Notes under the pieces: generated by a model
Database searches by the model: none
Told to the model about the DNA's origin: nothing
What the model saw: the letters and a program-made list of their open reading frames with translations, nothing else
IMG/VR virus record: IMGVR_UViG_3300032116_000104
Coordinates: 20,373-84,372 of that record
Origin: a virus
DNA: 64,000 nucleotides
Strand: one strand, 5' to 3'
Translations under genes and position numbers: made by a program
Shown: in pieces, positions 1 through 10,353 of the stretch
Position numbering within the stretch: position 1 is the stretch's first letter
How the letters are laid out: each line of letters starts with the position of its first letter

Positions 1-262
1 AGGCTACTCCTTGAGCAATCTGTCCAATAGTTGAGTGGCTACCAATGAGGCCTACCTTGACATCGTAATTTTTAGAAATACCAGCCCTTTTAGCGAGCGC
101 CTTGTACTCAACGATGTTCTGGTTGCGATTGATTCTCTCATTCAGGATTCTGTGGGGTCGCTCAAATGACTTGTATGAGTTAGATACAAGTGAAATGCGC
201 GTTACGGAAATGGGAATCATCCCATTGCAGCAATCGGAGTAATCAGCAGCAGCCATCGCCAT
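1..262 (-). CDS. Hypothetical head-module protein, N-terminal part (runs off window start)
   Basis: Own translation gives an open frame MAMAAADYSDCCNGMIPIS...VEYKALAKRAG... with no stop before base 1; it overlaps the stop of 243..842. Confidence 0.65.
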   Translation of the reverse strand, partial: MAMAAADYSDCCNGMIPISVTRISLVSNSYKSFERPHRILNERINRNQNIVEYKALAKRAGISKNYDVKVGLIGSHSTIGQIAQGVA

Positions 263-842
263 CCTTGCGAACGAAAGGCATGGACTTCATGGCCCCAGAC
301 CACTCGTCCTCTCCTTCAATTTCCCAGTTCTTGTCATCGTTGATGAGACTTACAAAGCCTTTCTCCATCTCAACGAAATCTGCTAGAACCTTCACTGCGT
401 GCTGCATGTCGTCAACGGTGACGACGGCGTCCTCAAAGCCCTCTTCGTCAGCCATGTTGAGCATTTTCTTGCCAGCGATTCTACGAAGACGGTCGTTGAA
501 GTCGCTGTCGCTCCAGACAGAACCACGAACAACTCCCCTCATCTTCTTGCGACAGTTCTTCATGCCAGGGTGATGACAGCCCTCGTTTGGCCAGAGACCA
601 GTTGTCTCATGGTGGAGCCAAGCGCAAATGTTGTTGAGTGGATACAACTCTGGGTGGTTTGCGAGAATCACCTTGCATCGGCGGAATCCACCAGGCTTGC
701 GCATGATGGGACGCCAGTATCTGAGAAGCCTCTCAAGGTTGCCTCTTCTTGGGCCACGACCTCTGAGAATGTCGCCAGTGAGTTGCTCCTGCGGAACATC
801 AAAGAGAACGTCCTGCGGAGCCTTAATCTCAAAATCACTCAT
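243..842 (-). CDS. Conserved phage head-module protein with Cys/His motif
   Basis: GGFRRC...ICAWLHHETTGLWP motif; tightly packed in the minus-strand operon. Confidence 0.6.
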   Translation of the reverse strand: MSDFEIKAPQDVLFDVPQEQLTGDILRGRGPRRGNLERLLRYWRPIMRKPGGFRRCKVILANHPELYPLNNICAWLHHETTGLWPNEGCHHPGMKNCRKKMRGVVRGSVWSDSDFNDRLRRIAGKKMLNMADEEGFEDAVVTVDDMQHAVKVLADFVEMEKGFVSLINDDKNWEIEGEDEWSGAMKSMPFVRKDGDGCC

Positions 843-844
843 TC

Positions 845-1249
845 TTATACTTCCTTGTTTTCAGCAGAACTGTTTACTGGGCTGGAGAGTTCCACCCTGA
901 AGGAGACGGCTTTTTCGTATAAGCCCTTCTGCTTCTTTCCACTCTTCATTATGTCAGACCTGATTTGTACGCCGTTGAGCATACTGTCTTTAATTTTCTG
1001 ATTTTTTCTTACGAAGATTCTATACCATCTCTCCATCTCGTCCTTGTCAGGAGTTGACCATAGATATCGGTGAAATTCCGTCTCCATGCTTTTGCGCAGA
1101 CCAATGGCAAAGCGCACCGTATCCCAGAAAGAAACAACAGTGGGTTCAGCCCCCTCTGGGACAACCACACCATCAGACAATGGGCTTTCCGAGTCCAGAA
1201 TGTAATAGAGATTGGACTTGTCAATCTTTGCTACGAATACTGCCTTCAC
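845..1249 (-). CDS. Hypothetical protein
   Basis: Overlaps the upstream stop and abuts the downstream gene. Confidence 0.7.
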   Translation of the reverse strand: MKAVFVAKIDKSNLYYILDSESPLSDGVVVPEGAEPTVVSFWDTVRFAIGLRKSMETEFHRYLWSTPDKDEMERWYRIFVRKNQKIKDSMLNGVQIRSDIMKSGKKQKGLYEKAVSFRVELSSPVNSSAENKEV

Positions 1250-2895
1250 TTCTTCTTGTCCTTCTCTTTGAGGAACTTCTTGACAGCGTCTGGCAGTGCG
1301 GCATCTACTTCCTCAATTGCCTTTTGAGACACAATGCGGTCACCAGACTCCAGAAGTTTGGTAGTCATGTCCTGAAAGGAATAAGGGTCAAAGATGTCAA
1401 CGCCTTCTGAGTTGACAAATCTAATTTCAGAAATGTTGAGCGGACTCAACTCAACCTTCACTTTGTCTGCCGCTTTCTGCTGGAGATAGATGGTGACTGC
1501 TGGGAGATTAAGCCCGCCCCCGATTGGGCCGCCGCCCTGCATGAATAGAACAGCATCCTCGTCGCTCAATTTCATCTTCTTTAGTTTCAATGCTATGACA
1601 TCTTTGCCAACAACTGGGTCGCGAGGGGGAACCTCTACCGAATTTATGTCCAGCATTGACAGTGGGTAGTGGATGACCTCAACCTCGCTCTTGTTGATTC
1701 CACCGAGAATGTAGGCCTTGAATCCAGGACTATTGGCATGTCCAATGAGTTGCGAATAATCGCCAGTAATGGCTGCCTCAATGTAAATCTCCAGAAGTTC
1801 AAGGTTCCTGGCTTCGCTATTACGGGAGTTGATGTTCCCCAGAACAGCAAGGGCAATGTTCTCAGAATCCTCTGACATGGTTGAAACGGAGTAGGCGTTA
1901 TCAAATATGCCAGTGTTTCTTGAGTATCCCGTGCGTCCAAAAACCTCTGGTTTGAGCAGGATGTGAATCTTGTCGTTCATTGAGAAGAACTCGGACTTGT
2001 AGTTCTTCTTCTTGTTATTGGGCTCGGCGGACTTGAATCCAGAGTGGTGCATCCACCCAGAGATGGGGCGAGCCTCGTCTCCCGTCTTTCTGCTGATTCC
2101 CAAAGTTAGGTCAGCATCTCTCTGGATGTCCGCTTGTGAGCCAGACGACCTATCTCTTACTATTTTCTTTCTCTCGGCTAGAAGAAATAGTGTCTCCACA
2201 GACGCATCAACAGAGACAAATCTCTCAAACCCAGCATGCAATCTGAAAGCCAATTTCTCTAGAATCTCTATAATCTCTTCGTTGGTCTTTTTTTCCACCG
2301 CTTTCTTCAGGTATTTAGATACCTCAACATCGTTTTCCCTGACAGATACGGACGGCATTCGGATATCGTCTAGAATCTTCATTACAGTGTCGGTGAAGTC
2401 GTCGTAAGCGTCGTCAATATCCGTCGCATAGTTGGTGCCGTACATCTCATCCAACTTTGAGATGTCATTCATCATGGACTTAGATGCACTGAAGTGGTCA
2501 AATGGCTTGCCGCCAGCAGCCTTAATCTCCCTGATAACAGACTCATTGCGGCGAGAAATTTCTAGGGCATTGCTTGACTTCTTGGTTGACTTGCCGCGAC
2601 GCTGTTTCTCCTCTTGACGCACATCTCTAATGGCATCAATAAGCAAGCCAGCCTCTCTCCGCTCATCGCCAGTCATTGTTGCCGAGGCTTTTTGGGCACG
2701 TCGCTCCATGTCGGACATGACCTTATCCAGGCCGTCTTGCTCAATAACTTCAAGAACCATGGTGCCATCTGGGTCAGGCTGACCCACCCTCAGTTTGGCT
2801 GGAGGTAGGACAACATCCTCTTTCTGACGGTCTTTGTTGGACTTGAATATTCCCTTGGACCCAGCAGGAAGTTTTACACGAACTTTCTTGCTCAT
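1246..2895 (-). CDS. Hypothetical virion protein, degenerate DUF3626/ADP-ribosyltransferase-like domain
   Basis: RPISGWM, ILLKPEVFGRTGYS and FKAYILGGI resemble the RPIYG / LK..V..RTT / EAQIHGG pattern; coupled to the upstream gene. Confidence 0.45.
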   Translation of the reverse strand: MSKKVRVKLPAGSKGIFKSNKDRQKEDVVLPPAKLRVGQPDPDGTMVLEVIEQDGLDKVMSDMERRAQKASATMTGDERREAGLLIDAIRDVRQEEKQRRGKSTKKSSNALEISRRNESVIREIKAAGGKPFDHFSASKSMMNDISKLDEMYGTNYATDIDDAYDDFTDTVMKILDDIRMPSVSVRENDVEVSKYLKKAVEKKTNEEIIEILEKLAFRLHAGFERFVSVDASVETLFLLAERKKIVRDRSSGSQADIQRDADLTLGISRKTGDEARPISGWMHHSGFKSAEPNNKKKNYKSEFFSMNDKIHILLKPEVFGRTGYSRNTGIFDNAYSVSTMSEDSENIALAVLGNINSRNSEARNLELLEIYIEAAITGDYSQLIGHANSPGFKAYILGGINKSEVEVIHYPLSMLDINSVEVPPRDPVVGKDVIALKLKKMKLSDEDAVLFMQGGGPIGGGLNLPAVTIYLQQKAADKVKVELSPLNISEIRFVNSEGVDIFDPYSFQDMTTKLLESGDRIVSQKAIEEVDAALPDAVKKFLKEKDKKK

Positions 2896-5800
2896 TAGAC
2901 AACGCTTTCTTTGCGATTTGGGTCAGGTATTTGACGTGATGAAATCCATCTATCACCTACAGCGAGACGAAGTATTGCATTTTCACTCATTGTTGCCAGT
3001 TCATTAACATACAGGCGCATTTTAACATCCCGAACCCTTAATCTTTCTGTTTCCGCCTGAACGCCAGCATTGGCCATATGATTTGTTACGCCAAGTTCAT
3101 CAGCGATACCGCTAATTCTTTTTTCAGCCGTGGCAACATTCCACCCAAGTCCTGAACTGTCTCCCGATAGTTTTACTTCCCTGGGCATGCCCATTTCTTC
3201 TAGTAAATTGGCAACAATTTCTCCCCTTTTTGATTCCCTAGTTAGGCCAGCCATGGCAAAGGAGCCTTTTGGTATGACCAATCCAGAACCTGGAGCGGCA
3301 GATGCGTATGTATCAACTCCATAAAGATTATCCAAAGCATCTGGATTATGTTTTATAAATTCCCTTAGTGGTATAACTATGGCACGACTTGACTCTGGAG
3401 TTTCCCTCGCTGAATGGCCAGAAACAATATGGTTCAGGGCAAAGTGAACGGTGCCCCTATTGAGCGGAATATAGTAATATCCAGTACTTTCTGTGCCCAT
3501 AGGCATTGTCGCCCCATAATCTCCAGATGGGCGCAAAATCAAATTTCCGTCCTCGTCAACTTCTGGTTCATAGGGAGTTTCATGAACCAGGAATAAGTCG
3601 TCCACCGAAAGTCCAGAGAAGTCGCTATCTCGTGATGGGCGCAAAAGTCTTTCTTTCGTTTCGTCACTTATGTCCATCGCTTCAACTTGTTCAATCCATT
3701 TCTGTCTTTCTTCTTTTTCTTTCCTTATTCCTTCTTCTCTTTGAATTTGCAATTTTTTCCTTGATTCTTCAACCATCTGGCGGCCAATGCGTGCCATTTC
3801 CTTTAATGTTTTTTCGGCTTCTGTATCACCTCTTGATGACGCATAAAGAAGCGCTGCGACAAATGCTGATTCATCAAGACTCCCTTCACTGTTTGCATAT
3901 GTAACTGCATATATAAAGTCAGATGCAGCCTGTTTTCCTTCTTCAGATGATTCTGGAAATCCAGATATAACATAAGGATTCAGGGGCATATCTTTTATTT
4001 CTGGGTTGTTCGCAACAACTTCTGGTCGGGCACCAAACATGACTTTTTCACCAGCAAAATCCCAAACTTCTATTTCCCAAACCGTTCTAAAGCCCTCCAG
4101 ACCCTCGTCCGAAAGTATTGTAGTTTTTTCTCCCTTGAACTCTCCTGGCTGAAGTCGCTTGGGTGTACCAGACCTTAATCCCCTGCCAGTTGAACTGCGT
4201 AATCCCCTGCCGCTAAACGGGTCGCTTGGGTCAAATACCGTAGGCTCCTCATCCATCCCCATTCTTTCCCGAATTCTTCTCATCGTCCTTCTGCCTGCAT
4301 CTGCAGCCCTAGATACACCGTCGTTGGTATCTGGTGGAGGAAATGGATTACCGAACGGGTCGCTGGGGTTTTGTGTTGACTCTTCTCTAGTGAGCCTGCC
4401 TCTCGCCCTTGATGCGGCAGAAGAAACTCCTTGTCTTGCCGAGCGCGCCCTCTCCCTGTTTTTTTCTGTATCAATTCTTGCCCTTGCAAATCGCCCAGCA
4501 TTGACGGCAGCATCCTTGAGTGGGTCGGGAAGTCCTTCTGGGGCAATTCTGTCAAGGCGCGAAGTTATTGCATTGGCTTGTCTTTGACTAAGTTTTCCGT
4601 CTTCAACAAGTTTGCCGACAACATAATCTGCGACATCCCTACCGCCCCTCCGCGCAAGTTCAAGACCTAGTTTCGTAATAGCAGCCTTGGGTCCAAATTT
4701 CATCGCTAAAGCAGTATCAAGAATCATTCCCGCTACTTCTTTTTCACCCTCGTCAAGGCCCATCCTCTCGGCAATAGCGTCAAGCGCCCTACCCTTGAGT
4801 CGCTCCCCAAGTCCACCTTTTCTCTTCTTTCTTTCTCTTCTCGGGCGAGATGTGTCAACTTCTGGAGTGGTCACTTCTGGAAGAGCAAACGGGTCGGCAA
4901 ATGGGTCGCTTGAGTCATAGGTGCCAGGGGTTGTAGCAGGTGTTGTGGCAATTGTTCTTATAGGAGTTGCAAACGGGTCGGCAAATGGGTCTGCAAATGG
5001 GTCACTGCTAGACCTGAGGCCGCGAGATTCACCCCTCATTAGCCCAGTATGTGTAATTTCTGTTCCTGGAGTCATTGAGGCAATATCGCCAATATCTCCG
5101 AGGTCATCTGCATCAATCTCAACAACGGCGTCAAATAGGAGTGGATTCTCCTCCATTGCAGAAAGCATTGGGGCCATATAGTTCTTGACTTGCTCGTCAA
5201 GCAGGGATGAATCAGATGACTTCGGTGTTCCTCTGGAGCCCATCAGTCTTGTGTCGTTGAGCAGTCTTCTTATTTCAGCGCTCTCTCTCAAAGAAGAAGA
5301 AACACTTCTCAGCCCAAGGTCGCTTGACATGTATGGGGCGTTTCCAGATAGTGCGTCTTCAACAGAGCGAGCCTGCTCCCTTGACATATTGCGCTGTGTA
5401 GTTACTGCTTGTATTCTAGAACTGCTTCTGGAGCCCATACGCATGGGGACTTCATCCATTTCCTCCCTATCAAAATTTGATAGGTCAAATCCGTATTCGG
5501 GTATCACCTCAATGCCATGCTCTTTTACAGCCTGCAAGTCAGCAAGGTCATCTATTGATGACATAAAGCGCTTGAGGGCCAGAGCCTGATTGCGCTTTCT
5601 TCTCTGGAAGGTTCCCTCATCTGGCCTTTTTTCATTGCCAGATGCACGCATGGCTTCATCTGCGGCATTCTTAACAGCGGCCTTTAGTTGCATTAACTGG
5701 TCTTCATCAAGTTCCCTAAGGTCGGTCGTCCCAAAGTTCTCTTGTGAATACTCGCGGACAAAACTTAAATTCGTGGTTGGACCATATCTCCCATCATCCC

Positions 5801-8732
5801 CGCCATTAACACGGGCATTGATGTCATCAATCTCTTGTTGTATTTGTGATTTTGTAATGTTGTCCCTGGATGACGGGTCTTTTGTACTGCGCGCCTTCTT
5901 CAGGCGTTCCCAAATTCTGCTTCTTCTTTCTTTCCTTACCGTATTATTGAACTTCTTGCCGTCTGGACGCTTTGATGGCTCGGGCCCAGCAGGAGCATCA
6001 GCGGGCCGCCTCTCTGGCTGTGGCGATACTGGGCGAGGAGCGCTAGGCACAACATCCAGTTCGTCCACTATGTCTGGGTCATTGACAACAGATTCTGGGG
6101 TGTCTGGTCTTGACGCTGGCTCAACACCAGGCGACTCTCTGCGCCGTCTCTCACGACGCAGTTGAATCATCTTCCTCATATCTGAGGCAATGTCACGGAA
6201 ACTCTTCTCAAGCGTGTCGTCGCCAAAGTCTCTGTACCCATCGGCGCGGGCGTCTAGAGCCCTCGCAAGAATCTCTAATTCGCGGTCGTTGAGTTGCCCG
6301 AGGTTGTCTTTTCCGAACGATTGCTTGATGTAGAAGTCAATAAAGTCTTTGCGCTGCTGATGCACCTTTGAGCGGCTTCTGGCTCTCTTCATAATCTTTG
6401 AATAGAGTTCCTGCATCTCTTCTGGGGTCATTGACTCAAGACCGTCAATCTCCCCCATGCTGAATCCGCCTGGAGCCCAATTATCTCTGCCCCCAGATAG
6501 CGCGGCAGGTACTTGTGGTGTCGGTACTCCTAGTTCTTCGGCAAGGTCTGGAGCGACGCTCGCTGGAGGTGCTGCTGGAGATACGGGGGGTTCATAACTC
6601 TGGGCAACCCTAGGCTTCGGACGCTCCATGAACTCAATGGCATCATCAACCTGCTCGCCAGAAATCACGCCCCTTTTCTTCAGTGCAAATAGTTCTGCAG
6701 TTGTTTCAAGGTAGGCGACAGAACGAGCATCTTGAATTGTAGAGGCAGATTCACCGCCTTGAATTGCTGCCGCAATTTCCATTTGCTCCCTGTAAGACCT
6801 TTTTCCAGCAAGCAGGTCAACTTTTTGAGCAATAAGTTGCTCTATATCGCTTCCAGCGTATTTTGATGTATCAACACCGCCAGTAAGTGCATCCATAACC
6901 ATCTCGCTAATTTCGGCGTTTGTCATGTCATTAGTTATGACTCCAGCGCCTCTTAGGAAGTCCTCAACCTGCTCCATTTGCAAAACGTGACCGAATTCGT
7001 GGTACACAAAGTGAGTACCCCTCTCGGTAAATCCACCTTCTGCTGCTGCCAAGTCAATTGCGAACTTTGAGGAATAGTCTTGGAGAAGTTTTAGTTCGGC
7101 TGCAGCACGAGCAACCGCCATGGCGTTTTCCGCATCAGTGCCCTCTGTTCCTTCCTTTACCTGAAGGAGAAATGTCTCATCTGCCTGAAGTTTTTGAAGA
7201 GATGTTTCATCTACTTTAAGAATCTCAAGAGGATTGTACTCTATTGCATATAGCGTATTTCCTTGACCATCTGTTGTTCTTATTGCTTGCCCTTGGTCTC
7301 CAGCCTGGAAAAATGCAGTCCTGAGAACCATTTTTTGTGTAACTTCTGGATAGTCGTATGACACTTCGGCAAACGCTTCAAGTTGTCCATTGAGTTGGTC
7401 AAACATTCTCGTCGTTTGACGACCAACTAGGTCTTTGTCTGGATAATCCTGACCAGCGAGATGGCTTCGGGCATGCCTGAGCGCATCGGCATCGTTATAA
7501 CCAAGATTGCGTAACGCTGTATGTACGAAGACTGCTTCGTGTGCTCTCAGTTTCTCTTCAATAGAAGAATTTGCGGACAGGTTAATTCCGAGTTCTTGAA
7601 GGATTCTCTGTAGTTCTTGATGTTCAATTCCAAAACTTTTATTTTTGTCAACTTTAATTGACTCCGAAAACGGACTAAGAAGAAAATCGTCAATCCTAAA
7701 ATCTGGATTCATTCTTCCAGAATCAATCATTGCTTGAAACAGGCTTGTTAGTGCCGCTGTTCTATCGCCACTCATATCCACGCCAAGACTGTCGGCAAGA
7801 AGTTGAACTGTTTTCATTCTGCGCTCAATGGCGAGTTTCATACCCTCCTCACGCTGAGCAAGTGCAAGCACTTGTTCTGTGACTTGCGATGTTCTTTGGG
7901 CTGGCGGCACCCTGCCCATGACCTGGCGAGCCCTGTCAATAAAACTGGTTCTTGACCTGAGTCCTCTTGCTTCCGAAACAACCTCAGCGACATTGACGGC
8001 AGCAATGCCTACGCTGGAGAGCGTGGGTCTTCCAGAAAATGCTTGAGATATTTCAGAAATGATGTTGCCTATGTCAGCAACGGAAAGGGTGAAGCAGTTT
8101 GAGCCCTGGGCGTCCGTGAACTGGTTGGCCGCTGGAACTCCAGGAGGGCAACGCAATCTGCCTAACGCATCAACAACCATTCCAGCCCGCACGGCGGCAC
8201 GGTTCACGAGTTTTCCAGCAGGATTGCGCTCGCCTATGCTCCGCCCAAGAGCCTTGACCTCTATTGGAGTCTTGTTTATTTGACCAGTCTTAGGGTTGAT
8301 TTTGTGCTTTGTGATTTCAACTTGCGGACCATTGACCAGTGAATCTCTGGCTTCCATGAAACTGGTTTTCTTAGGGCTGACCCATCCGTAATTCGGCTCG
8401 GTATCAAGACCCTGGGAGGCCATGAATGCCTCCCTATCGGTAACCCAATGCTTGAAGAACTGCCCTGGCTTCCGCTTGGCACTCGGGTCCCAAATTATGC
8501 CAGTGCGTTCCTTGTTGGCATTTTCGCCCTGTGTTCTTTTCTTGCCGTCGGTATTGCCTTTTTTGGGCATGGCGGCAGCAGATACATTGGCGTTTAGGCT
8601 CGCCTGCTTAGAGAGTATTCCGCTGATGGCCTTGAAGGCGACCGCTCTTTCGTTGAAGTCAGGGCGTGTGCTTTCTGCCTCAAACACTCTGGGCGCATAA
8701 TAGCGATATTTGTTAAAACGCGCCCCCGTCAT
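2895..8732 (-). CDS. Giant (1945 aa) putative internal/ejection polyprotein with zincin metallopeptidase domain
   Basis: HEFGH (6987-7001) plus downstream ETTAE; RCPPG.PAANQFTD motif; DPF repeats; five GLRS motifs. Confidence 0.6.
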   Translation of the reverse strand: MTGARFNKYRYYAPRVFEAESTRPDFNERAVAFKAISGILSKQASLNANVSAAAMPKKGNTDGKKRTQGENANKERTGIIWDPSAKRKPGQFFKHWVTDREAFMASQGLDTEPNYGWVSPKKTSFMEARDSLVNGPQVEITKHKINPKTGQINKTPIEVKALGRSIGERNPAGKLVNRAAVRAGMVVDALGRLRCPPGVPAANQFTDAQGSNCFTLSVADIGNIISEISQAFSGRPTLSSVGIAAVNVAEVVSEARGLRSRTSFIDRARQVMGRVPPAQRTSQVTEQVLALAQREEGMKLAIERRMKTVQLLADSLGVDMSGDRTAALTSLFQAMIDSGRMNPDFRIDDFLLSPFSESIKVDKNKSFGIEHQELQRILQELGINLSANSSIEEKLRAHEAVFVHTALRNLGYNDADALRHARSHLAGQDYPDKDLVGRQTTRMFDQLNGQLEAFAEVSYDYPEVTQKMVLRTAFFQAGDQGQAIRTTDGQGNTLYAIEYNPLEILKVDETSLQKLQADETFLLQVKEGTEGTDAENAMAVARAAAELKLLQDYSSKFAIDLAAAEGGFTERGTHFVYHEFGHVLQMEQVEDFLRGAGVITNDMTNAEISEMVMDALTGGVDTSKYAGSDIEQLIAQKVDLLAGKRSYREQMEIAAAIQGGESASTIQDARSVAYLETTAELFALKKRGVISGEQVDDAIEFMERPKPRVAQSYEPPVSPAAPPASVAPDLAEELGVPTPQVPAALSGGRDNWAPGGFSMGEIDGLESMTPEEMQELYSKIMKRARSRSKVHQQRKDFIDFYIKQSFGKDNLGQLNDRELEILARALDARADGYRDFGDDTLEKSFRDIASDMRKMIQLRRERRRRESPGVEPASRPDTPESVVNDPDIVDELDVVPSAPRPVSPQPERRPADAPAGPEPSKRPDGKKFNNTVRKERRSRIWERLKKARSTKDPSSRDNITKSQIQQEIDDINARVNGGDDGRYGPTTNLSFVREYSQENFGTTDLRELDEDQLMQLKAAVKNAADEAMRASGNEKRPDEGTFQRRKRNQALALKRFMSSIDDLADLQAVKEHGIEVIPEYGFDLSNFDREEMDEVPMRMGSRSSSRIQAVTTQRNMSREQARSVEDALSGNAPYMSSDLGLRSVSSSLRESAEIRRLLNDTRLMGSRGTPKSSDSSLLDEQVKNYMAPMLSAMEENPLLFDAVVEIDADDLGDIGDIASMTPGTEITHTGLMRGESRGLRSSSDPFADPFADPFATPIRTIATTPATTPGTYDSSDPFADPFALPEVTTPEVDTSRPRRERKKRKGGLGERLKGRALDAIAERMGLDEGEKEVAGMILDTALAMKFGPKAAITKLGLELARRGGRDVADYVVGKLVEDGKLSQRQANAITSRLDRIAPEGLPDPLKDAAVNAGRFARARIDTEKNRERARSARQGVSSAASRARGRLTREESTQNPSDPFGNPFPPPDTNDGVSRAADAGRRTMRRIRERMGMDEEPTVFDPSDPFSGRGLRSSTGRGLRSGTPKRLQPGEFKGEKTTILSDEGLEGFRTVWEIEVWDFAGEKVMFGARPEVVANNPEIKDMPLNPYVISGFPESSEEGKQAASDFIYAVTYANSEGSLDESAFVAALLYASSRGDTEAEKTLKEMARIGRQMVEESRKKLQIQREEGIRKEKEERQKWIEQVEAMDISDETKERLLRPSRDSDFSGLSVDDLFLVHETPYEPEVDEDGNLILRPSGDYGATMPMGTESTGYYYIPLNRGTVHFALNHIVSGHSARETPESSRAIVIPLREFIKHNPDALDNLYGVDTYASAAPGSGLVIPKGSFAMAGLTRESKRGEIVANLLEEMGMPREVKLSGDSSGLGWNVATAEKRISGIADELGVTNHMANAGVQAETERLRVRDVKMRLYVNELATMSENAILRLAVGDRWISSRQIPDPNRKESVV

Positions 8733-8749
8733 AGGGATTCACTTTCTTT

Positions 8750-10258
8750 TCAGGAAAGGTCTGACCCGTTGCCCTCAATTTCCGAGTTGAGAAGTTCAAA
8801 CTCAACAAGGGATGAGATGAACGAATCTGAACCATCGCCAGACTTCTCTTCCATCATCTTGGCTCCGCCAGTCAGCCAGTTCACTGGAATCATGCTCTCC
8901 TTGCCAAGTTCCTTGGCACGCTTCATGATGTGACGCTTTGCGGCCTCTTTGTCCTTGGCGCGACCATAGGCCTGAATGGCGTTCTGGAGGTCAGACTCAT
9001 TGGCAATCGGGAACGAACCATCAGGAAGGGCATTGCCCTCCTTGGCCATGGCGGTGCGCTGGTCCTCAGTAAAGGCGCGCTTGAGTGCAATCTCGGCAGC
9101 CTCGGCCTCAATCGCCTCGGCCTCCTCTGGCTCGTACTTGTCGTAACCGAGCACCTCACCATCAAGGGCAACAAAGACATCGTATGACTTGCCGTCAATG
9201 CCGTTAATCTCAACGGCATAGGCGTCAAAGCCCTCAAAGATGTCTGGCTCAACAGAAATAGCCTCGCCCTCAATGGACTTGACGGCAATCTCTACTGCCT
9301 CAGACATATCAATAACTAACATTGAATCAAGCGCTGACTTCTGCTCAAAAGAGTTCTCGTCAAGTTTCTTCCAGCCAAGCACCTCGGAGGTGGTGCCATC
9401 AATGAACATTTCTACAGCCCGACCATCTTTTGCCTCAACATCAACGACGAACATGTCGGCGTCAGATGAGTACCCAGAGTCAAGTACCTTGCCATCAAAC
9501 ATGGTTTCGGCAATACCCTCGGCGTGCAAAAGACCTGGCATTCCAGCCTCAGGCACGCATCCGCCTGGGCAGTCAGCGCAAACAGCGGCACCACCTGGGT
9601 ACACCTTGCGCTCAATGGAGCAAAGATAAGCGTTTCTTCCGACCTCGGCGGCCTTGACACCAAGGGACTGGAGGCGGCGCTTGCGCATCTTCTCCATATC
9701 GCCTGGGATACCCATGCCGTAGCCCTTCATGGACTCCTCGTCGTCTTCTTCCTCGTCGTCCTCCTCCTCCATGTCCATGTCCTCGTCGTCCATGTCCATT
9801 TCGGGCTTGGCCATTGCGCCCTTCATCTTCTTTTTGCGCTTGGGCATCATGTAATCGCCATCCATGCCCCAGCCCTTCTCGTCGGACTCATCCTCCATGT
9901 CCTCGTCCTCCATCTCCTCCTCGTCGGGAGCCATCATGGAGGCTTTCATCTTCTTCTTCTTGCGCTTGGGCATCATGTAGTCCTCGCCCATGCCCCAGCC
10001 CTTTTCATCGGACTCGTCTTCCATATCCTCTTCGTCGTCTTCCATGTCCATCTCGGCCATGGAAGCGGCCTTCTCGTAGAGGTCATCAAAGTCCTCATTA
10101 ATTGGAACCATCTTCATCTGAACGGGCACGGCGCCACACTTGGCGCACACCTTCGCACCAGGGACGAAACCGCACTCAGCAGCATCGGCACCCTTGGCGC
10201 ACTTAAGAACATTGCCATCGGCATCAATGCTGACTTCGGCCTTCTCGTCATATCCCAT
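8750..10258 (-). CDS. Acidic head protein with two PepSY-like domains and a C-terminal DUF6582-like domain
   Basis: Two repeats of [EA..IA....G.V......F/Y.V.V...DG....V.ID/VA....EVLG]; ALPDGSFPIAN..DL.NAI; Cys clusters; duplicated DMEDESDEKGWGM segment. Confidence 0.6.
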   Translation of the reverse strand: MGYDEKAEVSIDADGNVLKCAKGADAAECGFVPGAKVCAKCGAVPVQMKMVPINEDFDDLYEKAASMAEMDMEDDEEDMEDESDEKGWGMGEDYMMPKRKKKKMKASMMAPDEEEMEDEDMEDESDEKGWGMDGDYMMPKRKKKMKGAMAKPEMDMDDEDMDMEEEDDEEEDDEESMKGYGMGIPGDMEKMRKRRLQSLGVKAAEVGRNAYLCSIERKVYPGGAAVCADCPGGCVPEAGMPGLLHAEGIAETMFDGKVLDSGYSSDADMFVVDVEAKDGRAVEMFIDGTTSEVLGWKKLDENSFEQKSALDSMLVIDMSEAVEIAVKSIEGEAISVEPDIFEGFDAYAVEINGIDGKSYDVFVALDGEVLGYDKYEPEEAEAIEAEAAEIALKRAFTEDQRTAMAKEGNALPDGSFPIANESDLQNAIQAYGRAKDKEAAKRHIMKRAKELGKESMIPVNWLTGGAKMMEEKSGDGSDSFISSLVEFELLNSEIEGNGSDLS

Positions 10259-10353
10259 TGGTCGGCTCCTTAATGTAAACCGTCGTAGAGTTTATCTGTA
10301 CTGTGTAAAAGTATACCCTACACACACGTCGTGTAGGAAGGTATTACTGCGTA

